A stretch of DNA of 63,965 bases, counting the filler, from Dirinaria sp. TL-2023a (Eukaryota), in NCBI GenBank assembly GCA_051941275.1. It is 3 parts of 3 records of this genome, joined end to end, with 100 filler letters (N's around TTAATTAATTAA, not from the genome) between each part and the next. Parts side by side here need not be neighbours in the genome. Positions count along the whole stretch, not along the records: positions 1 to 22,638 come from JAVEBF010000219.1; 2 more parts are not named here. One strand, 5' to 3'. The notes beneath the pieces were generated by a model. That model did no database searches, was not told the DNA's origin, and saw only the letters and a program-made list of their open reading frames with translations. The translations under genes were made by a program, and so were the position numbers. This document shows positions 12,176-22,738 of the stretch, piece by piece (within the stretch, counting starts at the first letter, position 1; every line of letters begins with the position of its first letter).

Positions 12176-13878
12176 ATGTTCAGATGCTTATCTACCTTGA
12201 TTCTAGTAGTGATACCTCTTGCCGCGTCGGCCGCTGCTCCAAAACCGGTTGCAGCAGCACTCGCCGAGCCTCCCTTGATAACCCCTTCGCCCTCGCAATG
12301 GGATCCTACAAGAACGTTGAAGTCTAGGAGAGGTGTAATCAGCGACATCGAAGGCGATGTGAACTCAGTCCTGTCAGGGCTAGGGTCCGACATACCCTCC
12401 TACGTGGCATCCGGTGTACCAAATTTCTTCCAAAACTTCCCTACCGGCGACAATGTGAGAAGCAGTCTTGGTTTGGAAGATAGTCAAATTGCGGCGCTCC
12501 CAACGCAAGTTCTGAACGTGCCGTATGTGTGCCAACTCATGAACAGTATCAGTTGCTGAAATATATTGTAGGGGCTATGGAAACTGGACAGACCGAGGCT
12601 GGAACCTACGTTTTCACGGCAACGTCTTCAAACAGCCCAACATAAGCGAGTCAAAACTTGATGACCTGGCAAACGGGTTCCTCATAGGTACTTCTGTTCA
12701 GTCTCTGCCGCCTTCCCAGGCCTCTCAAGCAAGAAATCTTACTGCCGAAATCTATGTCCTTCAGCAATCTGATCAAAACGTTACTTTCAATATCAAACCG
12801 GCCCCAACTGCTGGGGCGTCTGGCGAGCAAGGCGGTGGTGGAGCAATCACCCCACCGGGCGGAAGCCAGCAGATCAAATTTCCGACCCCCACGACATCGG
12901 AAGGAGACTTTGATGGTTTCGTACAAATCAATGACAGCGGGCTCATACCCGGCAACAGCACTCATGATATTCAGCGCATGAACGTCTACACTCAGGGAGA
13001 CATCAATGGCAACGCAACAGCATACCTTGTGCCCCCCACAGGCCTCACGGTCATTTCCGACATTGATGACATCCTGAGGGTGACCAAGATCTACGAGCCC
13101 AAAGAAGGCTTACTCAATTCCTTTGCTCGTCCTTTCACGCCATGGATGAACATGCCGGACATTTACGCCAATTGGTCCCGCAGCATACCGAACTTCCATT
13201 TTCACTACTTGACAACCACCCCTGAGCAAGTGACCCGCAACTACATGGACTTCATCTACAAGACCTACCCCGGTGGATCTTTCGATACCCGCCCCTTGAA
13301 CTTCAGTGATGTCAGCGCTACGCTAAGTATTCGCAAATTTCTCTTGCAAAAGATCTTCATGACCTTTCCGCAGCGGAAGTTTATTTTGGTCGCGGATACC
13401 AGTAATAGCGACGTAATGAGGGATTACCCAGAGATGGTCACAGACTTTCCAGGACAGGTCCAATGCATATTCTTGAGGAATACATCTGCAACGGACGACG
13501 GTGATAAATTTCCGTACGATACGAGTGGGTTCAAGGGTCTCAACACATCAACGTATATGTTCTTCCACGTGCCTGTGAGTCAATATAGAACGTTCTTTTG
13601 CTTCCTTATTTGGTTTTTGTGCTTGCCCAAGCGCAAGACTGGGCTGCGATGCTAATGCCTTGCAGGACGATCTTTCGCATCTCGACATTTCCAATGGTAA
13701 TTGTCTCAATACTACGATTGGTCAAAACGTGACGTACGGAGAGCAAGGCCTTCCATTCGGCATCAATCTTGGCGGCGGGAAGCCTAACGCAGCCACGGGA
13801 TTGTCTGTAAGCTTTTGGACTGCGTCCGCAACAGTGCTTGCTTTAGTCTTCTGGGGCTTCAGCTCAGCAACGCTGTAG
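12176..13878 (+). CDS. Secreted, probably GPI-anchored APP1-like (DUF2183) phosphatidate phosphatase-family protein; introns 12523-12571 and 13575-13665
   Basis: Signal peptide MFRCLSTLILVVIPLAASAA, HAD-like ISDIDDILRVT motif, FPQRKFILVADTS and a hydrophobic C-terminal tail. Confidence 0.8.
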
Positions 13879-15267
13879 ATGATGACTGCGGACCAAGCCA
13901 GGCGCTAAAGGGTGGCGTTGGATGAGCACAGGTTTAGGACTCATCCACAAGGCAGTGGAAAATTGTATGCGTAGCGTGAACGTCATCAATCAGTGGTTTC
14001 TTCTCCCATTGGTCGATGGATGACTTCTCTTGTACTGTAGGTTTGCAGTCTCCTAATCTGGCTTCTCCAGGCTGAGAAGCCGATGGATGCGGTTGGTGCC
14101 TTTCTTGCCTTTCTCCCAAGCCCAATACTGCTGCAGATACGATGGTACCAAGGCACCAGGACTACTTGACTTCCTTTGCTAGCGATACAAGGCAGCATGG
14201 TCGGTTCAGTAGACATTCGACCGTAATCCACAGCGGTGTCCCACATCAGGCCCTGGTCAAAGAAATGTGGAATTCATCCGCCCTACCGGTCAGCTGGTAT
14301 CTTACCTCAAGTCGGGTAGACCATCACTACCCAATGAACATACATTACCTACACACATGGATACGTGTAGGAAAGGCACAACCTAATCGGTCGGATTTCC
14401 CCTCTTGGGATTACCGGGCGTACATACTTCAGTGCCTTGAGCGATGTACAGCAGTACCTTATTCAATACCCAATTTACATGTAATTCACTCTACCTAGGT
14501 ACTTGGTACTTGAACGCTGTATCCTCGGCCGCATCACCATCTCTCGACTACCTTAGAACATGACCCCGGCTGATAGGGATCTCTTTCAACATACACCGAT
14601 AGGTATCCAGGTGGGGCGTGTATCGAAATCTTCCTTTATTTGTCCCACCGGACTCGAATAGTCTCGTCATGCCGGCTCCGCTCTGGTAACGGATGTCTAT
14701 TCCGTGGCTGTGTTCTTTCAACTTGGTGTCGTCACCGAAAAGTAGTTGACATTCCATTCATCCACCGGTGCAGTTGAACGCATACAAGATCCCTCTTGCA
14801 CCCTTTTTTTCCTCTTCTTTTTTACATCCGTCCTTTCACCTTCTACTTCCGCAACTACTCTGTCACTCTTGCAGCATCTTCAGCCTTCCGACCAGGCTAC
14901 AGCAACAGTAAGTGTTCTGCCTTCTGCTTTGCCATTGGGCCAGGCTTCGAGCATCTACTTGAATAAGTAGAGTGACCCAGCGCTTCTTCCCCAACTTGCA
15001 CCTTGTCACTATTGCGGATCCCAGGCAGCTTAACATAAGCCAAAGCCTGGAGTAGTTCACTGCTTCCTTGGTCTTCATCCTCCAATAAAGTATTTTAAAC
15101 TCACCCATCGCACTGGCCTATCTTGCACCTCTTTTGGTACCTCTCGAGAATGATTCGCTTCTTCCCACCAATTGCCTGCACTGCGTTAGCAGACTTGGCC
15201 CATTGCACTTTGTTTTCTGATTAGCCGAGTAGGTTCGTCTTTCGACTATCCACGATCGTTCAACATC

Positions 15268-16611
15268 ATGAAAGCAACCGCCATTCTTGCTCTCTTGGGC
15301 ACCACTATCTTTACTATCCTCGACGTCAATGCTCACGCAGTGCCCGAAGCTGGTAAGCGCCTTCCTTCCTCACTTCGCAGGATTGAGGTTTACGTTGTCT
15401 GACACTCCCCGCTAGTGGTAGAGGTTTCAAACGGCCAACTTGGTTTCCCGGAGGCCAAGCGTGACAATGAGGTCCTTCATCCTTGTTGGCGGGCTCCCGA
15501 CGACTCAATCCAGTGTCCAGTCGTCAAGCGTGATGCTGAGGCTCAGCCATGCTTTGATGGCCCTGGCGGTATCGTTGCTTGCCCTGTCAAGAAGCGGGAA
15601 TTCTGTTGGGAAGCCAATGATGGCCGTAAGTCTTATACAGGTGTCGTTAGCCAAATTACTTGCCAACGGTCTTAGAAATCCACTGCAGCAACCCTCCAGA
15701 GAAGAAGCGTGAGTTTTGCTGGGAGGCCGAAGACGGTCAAATCCATTGCAGCAACCCTCCCGAGCAGAAGCGCGAGTTTTGCTGGGAGGCGCAAGATGGT
15801 CAAATTCATTGCAGCAACCCTCCTAAAGCGAAGCGCGATGATCCTTGTTACGAGGCTCCTGATGGACAGTCGGTCCATTGCCCGGTCGTCAAACGAGTTG
15901 ACGGTAAGTGCATCTTCCTTTGAAACCGCAGCCTCCGAGTTTCTTTTCCGGTACTTTTCATTCAGTTGTGTGCTTTCTTGTGCTCTTTCCCCCTTGGTGT
16001 TTAGCATCGTATCATTCTCGACTTCTAATCACCTAAACCTCTCCAACGTATCATCGTACGTAGGCACGGCATCATTGCCCGTCATCCCTGGCACATCGAT
16101 ATACTGTAGCAAATGGTACAATGTCACGACTCCAGATCCTCTTGCTTGCAGCAAAGCTCTCGCTGCAGGTAACATTGGTATAGACCAGTTTCGGGCACTC
16201 AATCCTAGCGTCAACAACGAGTGCACGAATGTCATGGTGGGCTATGCCTATTGTGTTGGATGTAAGTCGCTCCACCTGAAAGCGTGGCCATGGCTAACAT
16301 CAACTGTGGCCAAAACCCACGGTTCTTCCAAGAACGGCACCAAATCATACACCAATGCCTCTCCTACGTCAACAACAGCAGCCTGGTATAATCCCATTGC
16401 AAAATCCGCGGCTTCCGAAATCACTACTGCTCCTGGTGATCCGCGTTTCTGCCTCCATGGCAAAAGATGCGTCACACCTCCCAAACGGACGCGACATCCC
16501 GCATTCGTAGAACCCTTCCGAAAAACGGATTTCGCTGGCTGGTTCGCCGCCACAGCTCTGTTGACCGCCGAACCTGCGAGCACACCTACTGAGCGGACGG
16601 AGATTACATGA
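15268..16611 (+). CDS. Secreted Kex2-processed repeat precursor (six Cys-x9/10-Cys peptides) spliced to a C-terminal LysM domain; exons 15268-15352, 15416-15625, 15676-15903, 16064-16611 (3' end uncertain)
   Basis: Signal peptide MKATAILALLGTTIFTILDVNA. Three phase-1 GTAAG...TAG introns restore one frame. KR-delimited repeats such as EFCWEAEDGQIHCSNPP are followed by the LysM signature CSKWYNV...C...IGIDQFRALNPSVNNECTNVMVGYAYCV. Confidence 0.8.
15711..15836 (+). repeat. Two adjacent 63-bp coding tandem repeats, plus an intron-split third copy from 15598
   Basis: gagttttgctgggaggcc...aagcgc (15711-15773) and gagttttgctgggaggcg...aagcgc (15774-15836). Confidence 0.9.
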
Positions 16612-17635
16612 TCATGGACCCAAAAGCAAAACCCAAGTGCCTGCAAGCACAAACCCTGGAATTTATCAAGAAATCACAGACGTACGAAATGGCAATGTCG
16701 GATTAGCCGGACTCACTGCAAACCTTGGTCCCTTTTTATTTTGATTTCCATCCCTTGTACAATATAGCTAATATGGTCGTTGTCTTTTTTCGTTCTAGCA
16801 ATCTGAAAAGTTTTTTTCTTTCCACGCTTTGCTTTCGTCTCATTCTGAATTCTGATATCATCCTTTGGAGGAACCTGCAGCTAATGCTTGGACACAGATA
16901 CCGCAGCCGCTGAAACCTGAGCATGCCGGTTCCTGACCAAAACCCGGAACACAGCACTCGGACGTGCTGGTCACATAGGTGTCCTAGTGTATATGGATGG
17001 ATGGTGGTTGCACGGAGCATATTTCGCACCTCTGCTTTCAATTCTCTCTATCTAGCCTTCTTCGCACATATTCGCCTGCTATATAGCTTTTGAAAAAAAA
17101 ATCCAAAAAAAAAAATCCAAAGAGACAAGATTCAAATAGAGCACGGATACCACGCATCTTTCCGGTTTTTTTTCTCTTTTCTTTTCCGGTCCCCCTATAT
17201 GCACTACCTCGTACTCGTACGAGTAGAGTACCACCCACATCTACTCATGTCGTGTTTGCAAGGCATCTAATTTCCCAAACATACGAAAGAAAAAACAGAA
17301 AAAAAGGCTTCGACAACCATAAGTATTTCTTCCCTACCCTACCCACCTACTTTACCTACAAAGTAAATCCCCTCTCCCCTCTCCTAAACGCACGCACCAA
17401 AGCAGAACCTACAAAAAAACCCGTGTCCATTGAATTTCAATTCAATCAAACCGATGCATCCAGATCCAGCGCAATGATTGATCTAATGAAGTGAATGCCC
17501 GCTTCGCAAAAGCCCCCTTCCCCCAAATAAAAAGAGAAGAAGAAAACGCCCAAAACCACCTGTTCAATAACCTTAGGTCGACCCCCCTGACCGGGTAAAA
17601 AAACCCCCATGAACAGATAGAACAATCCACGCACT

Positions 17636-19815
17636 CTAGAACGCAGTTCCATCCCCCCCTCCCCCAGCAGCAGCAGAACCGGCACTAACGCCGCGATTCA
17701 TCCACCCGGGCATCCAACTCCCTCGATTCGCCTTCTTGCGCGCCTTCTCCCGTTCCCGTTCCCGCTCCTCCTCCTCCTGCTGTTGCTGGTGCTGGTCCTG
17801 CAGGCTCCTGCCCTCGCCTCCTCCTTCGCGCGCGTTCTCCTGCACCAGCCGCAGCGGCCGCAGCCGGTTCTGCGTCATCACCGCGCCTCCGTACTGTGGG
17901 CCGAGCCCACTACCGCCTCCGCCCCCACCGCTACTGCTCCGGGGCGGGGAGCTCGTGCTGCCGACTTCGAGCTTGTCGTTGTTGTTGTTGTTGTTGTTGT
18001 TGGTGCTGCCGCGGTCGCTGAAGGTGCTGTTGGAGCTGCTGCCCGGGTTGGGATTGGAATTCGGGTTAAGGGCGGAGCCTGAAGCGGCGCGGGAGGTGGC
18101 GGTGGTCGTGATGGTTGAGGGTTGGGTGGTGGTGGAGGTGGAGGCGGAGAAGAAGGAATTGCGTGCCCCTGCTGCGCTGCCCACGGAGGGTGATAGACGA
18201 GGCGACATCAACGGTGACCCGCCTGATGGGGGCCCGCGGTACATGTGGGTCACGAGTGGGGCGGCGCCCATGGGGGCCGGCATGTCGGATTGCGAACGGC
18301 GGTGTGCGTCGCGCACGGCTTGCGGGCGGGCGATAGGGACGCTTCGCGCTGTGGAAGGGTCTTCGGTGGGAGGAGCCTCGGCTGTAGGTGCTGCTGTTGG
18401 TGGTGGAGTGGAGGTTGTGGTTGGAGCTGCCGGAGCGATTTGGCTGATTGGACGCGGTTTCCGAGGGCCGGCGACCACGGAGCGCGCGCGTTGCAGGAAC
18501 GTCGTGGGTTGAGGTTCTTCGTCTTTGGGTGGTGGAGGAGGCGGGAGTTCTTTGTTGGTGTTGCCCGATGATGGAGGGCGGGCTTTGCCTGACATCAGGT
18601 CCGGGTTTTTCTCCAGCACGTTTTCGAATTCCTTGTGCTGCAGCAGACGGCCGATGATGCTTTCTACGTAAAGGCTCAGGGCTTTGTTCTGCTCTCGCAG
18701 TGATTTCGTTTCCAATTCGAGCCGGCGGTAGTTCTCGCTTTCACCTTCGGCTGACTCAAGTTCTTCGGCGAGGGATCCCAGTCCGGAGGAGTTGTGCATC
18801 ACATCTGTCTTGCTGAAGTCACCGTTGAGTGTTTTTTCACTTAGAAGAAGCTGGAAGCTTTCGTTGTCCTCCATTAATCTGGCATTGGTAATGCGCGTTT
18901 CTAGTAATGTCTTCTCAAGCTCTTGCAATTTCCCTCCGCCGGCATTCTCGAGCTCGACGGCTTTTATTTGCGCTTCAGCAAGCTCGAGCCGTAATGATTC
19001 GATAAGCTTATCTTTGGACATGGCCAGCTTCGAGTTGTTCTTAGCATCACTTGCTGTAGTAGGTGAGACAGGGGCGAAGTGACCATCTGCTGATGATTTG
19101 CTTCTCAAGCTTGCTAGAAGATGTCAGCAAAATATTCTTTCAGCATGATGCATGTAACCCTACAAGGCCTGGATGGAGATCTTTCTTCATTGGCCGTCAT
19201 CTTCACCTCCCGCTGAGCCAATACGTCCTTAAGCCTTTGGATGACAGCCTGCTGCTCCTCTGCTTTGGCGGTTTGCTCAGCCTTATCACGCACCATAGCT
19301 GACTGTTCGGAGTCGAAGAGATCTTCCATCTCCCGCTTTTGCCGCATGGAATGGACTTTCTGATCTTCAAGATCATTGATCTGGGCTTCACTCTCATGCA
19401 TTTGCTCTTCAAGCTTCCCTTGCTCCTGCAAAGACTCGTCCAACTTCATTTGCAGCATCTTCAATTGTCGCTGATACTCTTCCGAAGCAGTCTCTGCCTT
19501 CTCGACTCGACTCCTCAGCTCTTCCATCAAGGCATTGTGCTCCGCCCTTGCATCATCATCGCCAGGTTCATCTGAGACATTTGCGTTCATATTGAGGAAG
19601 CTTGTATTGGGCGACGGTCTCTTGACGTTAGGTCTTACTGCTTTCTGCGTGCCATTTGATGCTTTGAACGAAGGCGATCGCCCATCTCCATTTGCGCTGA
19701 GGGCCGCGGAGTTTTGGCGGTTCGTACCAGAGGGACGAGGAGAGCCGGAAGTAGTGGATCCTTTTGAAGGCGTTGAATTCGAAGGGGGCTGAGGCCTCCT
19801 ATTGACACTTGCCAT
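17636..19815 (-). CDS. Conserved fungal coiled-coil protein with low-complexity C-terminus (one intron at about 19163-19114)
   Basis: ORFs of 233 and 490 aa joined across a short intron. Heptad coiled coils (LLETRITNARLMEDNESFQLLL; EQNKALSLYVESIIGRLL) and poly-N/G/Q/E tracts. Confidence 0.75.
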
Positions 19816-20480
19816 GATTCACGTTCTTAGTTCCACGGAATACGAGCATCGATGCTGGCTGGTCCTGCTTCAGTACGTTCTCAGCAAAAGCGGACGCGCG
19901 AACCATTTGAAGAGTTTGGAGAGGTTTGAGCGAGGTGAATGATAAAACTAAAATTCTCGAATCTCTGCAATGTGAAATTTCTTGCTTGTTGGACTGCGAT
20001 CGTAAAGCTGAATCCCCGATCCAAGTCTGGCCCAAATACCGCCGTTGCCCTGGTTGACCCCTGGATGCGGTATCGAGAGGTATGTGATACTACCTTATGA
20101 ACGATGTGGATACAACGGTATAGGTCTATACGTACAGCCCTCGGCTTGAGTGGCTTTCCTTCAAGTAAGCCGAGTATCGATAACTAACGACAATGAGTTG
20201 CCTATTTCAGTCTTGGTGGCTGCTGCATGTACACATTCATGGTCCCTTACTACTGTACTGTAATATTGCATGTGCTGAGCCAGAGCTGATGAGGTCGCGT
20301 CTTCGGCCGAATCAGGGTCCCTCGGTCCATCTTTAGCCTGCAGATCACCCGCTCGCTTCTGGATCGAGGGATCTCGGGAAAAATTCAGGGAAGCACACCA
20401 CCATCGTTCAGTATTACATACAATTTTGCAACAACCCCCAAACATTGCTGGTATCCTCCACTTACATACCACGCGCAAAG

Positions 20481-21091
20481 ATGCCTCCAAAAAAAACCAA
20501 GAAGGCTGCTGACAGCATCAACTCCCGGCTGGCTCTTGTCATGAAATCCGGCAAAGGTGAGCCAATGCGGCTGATTCCCTTGTTGGCTTCGCCATTTTCA
20601 ACGAATTTATAAACAAGACCGCTAACATTGAATCTTTTACCACAGTCACTCTGGGTTACAAGTCTACACTGAAAACCCTCCGGTCAGGCAAAGCCAAGCT
20701 CGTCATCATCGCTGCCAATACCCCACCACTGCGCAAAAGCGAGCTTGAATGTACGTCGCGCTGGAACCGAGAGGATGTATCAACCACAGACTGACCGAGC
20801 ATAGACTATTCCATGTTGTCAAAAACCAACGTACATCACTTCGCCGGAAACAATGTAAGCATCCTTTCCGATGTCCCGAGCGCTGTCGCTTCCTCCGCCC
20901 AACGACGAGACTCGCACTTGAGGGCCTACCCTGCGAAGAAGCCTTTCGATAGGCTTTGGAGGGTACACGCAAATGCTGACTAGCTGTCGCAGATCGAACT
21001 TGGAACAGCATGCGGGAAACTCTACAGGTGTTCGACAATGGCGGTGTTGGATGCTGGCGACTCGGATATCTTGACAGGGGCTACTCAATAG
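20481..21091 (+). CDS. RPL30: 60S ribosomal protein L30 (eL30), 4 exons
   Basis: [109 protein letters not shown]. Missed by the ORF track. Confidence 0.97.
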
Positions 21092-21603
21092 AATAGAAAC
21101 TAGACTACGCATGAGGTCATCCAAATCATACATTCTCCAACCCGCCCATGATATCCTCATATCTGACGTGTCTCTGAATTGTGTTGTGCTCTGGGGGCCA
21201 ACTTATGTGATTTCGCAGCCAATGTTAATCATCCCGAGCATCGGGATATTTGTCAAGCTTGACTTGCAGAGCTTTTCTATACCATGATCATTGAGAAAGG
21301 ATCATCTCAGTAAGAAAATGGAAATGACTACGGGGCCACATTCGACTATGAGAAAAGTACCTTGAGGCACGGAGTAAGGTAAGGTAAATATGATTTCGCC
21401 GTAGCCGCCTCGCCGCCAAAGCTCATCCCAAGAAGGCTAGTTACAGGGTTAGGGCATAGCCACCACTAGCGCCGTAAACTCTTGGCAATGCTTGCAAATC
21501 AGACAAAGGTGAGATTATGACAACAACTTCGAAACCTCTTCTCCTCCATCTCCATTTCATATTTGTTCGCAGGAAGTGCAATACTACCAAAGACCACACA
21601 AAG

Positions 21604-22535
21604 ATGGCACGACGTCCAGCGAGATGCTATCGCTACTGCAAGAACAAGGTGAGCAGGTCCTGCTTTTCAACTATCCACAGCAGAAACAAATCCCCCTACG
21701 TAACTATACCATCATCACATCCCAACGCAACATCCATAGACTATATTAAACCATTTTCCCTTTCTACCCTCCTCAAACAATAACTGACTAACGCTTTTCC
21801 CCGCAACAGCCATACCCAAAATCCCGCTTCAACCGCGGTGTCCCCGACCCTAAAATCCGCATCTTCGATCTCGGTCGAAAACGGGCGAACGTGGACGAAT
21901 TTCCTCTCTGCGTACACATGGTATCGAACGAATACGAGCAGCTGTCGAGCGAAGCGCTCGAAGCAGCCCGGATCTGCGCCAACAAGTACCTGGTGAAAGT
22001 GGCGGGCAAGGAAGGGTTCCACCTGCGGGTGCGCGCGCACCCGTACCACGTCGTGCGCATCAACAAGATGTTGAGCTGCGCCGGGGCGGATCGGTTGCAG
22101 ACGGGGATGCGCGGCGCGTGGGGGAAGCCGAACGGCACGGTCGCGAGGGTGAATATCGGACAGATTCTGCTCAGTGTGCGGACGAGGGATAATCGTACGT
22201 TTTCCTTTTCCCCTCCCTTCTTTTGTTTCTTCTTCCATATCATATCATATCTACCTTCCAGATAACTAATCAATCAATCACTAACATCCCCAACAGACCG
22301 CGCAACGGCAATCGAAGCCCTGCGCCGCTCTCAATACAAGTTCCCGGGCCGGCAAAAGATCATCGTGAGCAAGAACTGGGGCTTCACCCCGCTGCGCCGG
22401 GACGAGTATCTCGAGAAGCGCGCCGAGGGCCGGGTCAAGATCGATGGCGCCTACGTCCAGTTCCTGCGCAACCACGGCCCCATCGAGCGCAACATCGGCC
22501 TTTTCCCGGACGCGTTCGAGACCGCGGAGGCGTAG
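21604..22535 (+). CDS. RPL10: 60S ribosomal protein L10 (uL16), 3 exons
   Basis: [37 protein letters not shown]...[20 protein letters not shown]...[16 protein letters not shown]...ETAEA*. Confidence 0.98.
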
Positions 22536-22638
22536 ACTTGGAAAAGAGGGGGAAAGGGAAGGAGGAGCTGGATGATTGAAAGCGGGGAGGGGAGGGGAGA
22601 ATAGAAGGGAGAGAGGAGAGGAGAGGAGAGAAGGAAGG

Positions 22639-22738
22639 NNNNNNNNNNNNNNNNNNNNNNNNNNNNNNNNNNNNNNNNNNNNTTAATTAATTAANNNNNN
22701 NNNNNNNNNNNNNNNNNNNNNNNNNNNNNNNNNNNNNN
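22639..22738. other. Artificial contig spacer (N44-TTAATTAATTAA-N44)
   Basis: N runs flank a 12-mer that gives stop codons in all six frames. An identical spacer occurs at 45353. Confidence 0.97.

Noticed and set aside
15598..15836. Regularly spaced repeats as a CRISPR-like array
   Set aside because: Eukaryotic, in-frame 63-nt coding repeats with no unique spacers.
15709..16063. N-terminal half of the 300-aa ORF 15709-16611 as real protein
   Set aside because: It is an off-frame reading of the repeat exon plus intron 3; only 16064 onward (LysM) looks coding in that frame.
17736..18512. Long antisense ORFs (also 6187-6810, 32013-32789, 45487-46236, 60542-61117)
   Set aside because: Shadows of GC-rich genes on the opposite strand, with no independent motifs.
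12176..19815. Dikaritin/ustiloxin-type RiPP gene cluster around the KEP gene
   Set aside because: No DUF3328/UstYa, tyrosinase, P450, methyltransferase or transporter is recognisable among the neighbours.
22683..22694. TTAATTAATTAA palindrome (also at 45397-45408) as a biological site or transposon target
   Set aside because: Embedded symmetrically in N runs at both gaps; it is an assembly linker with stops in all frames.
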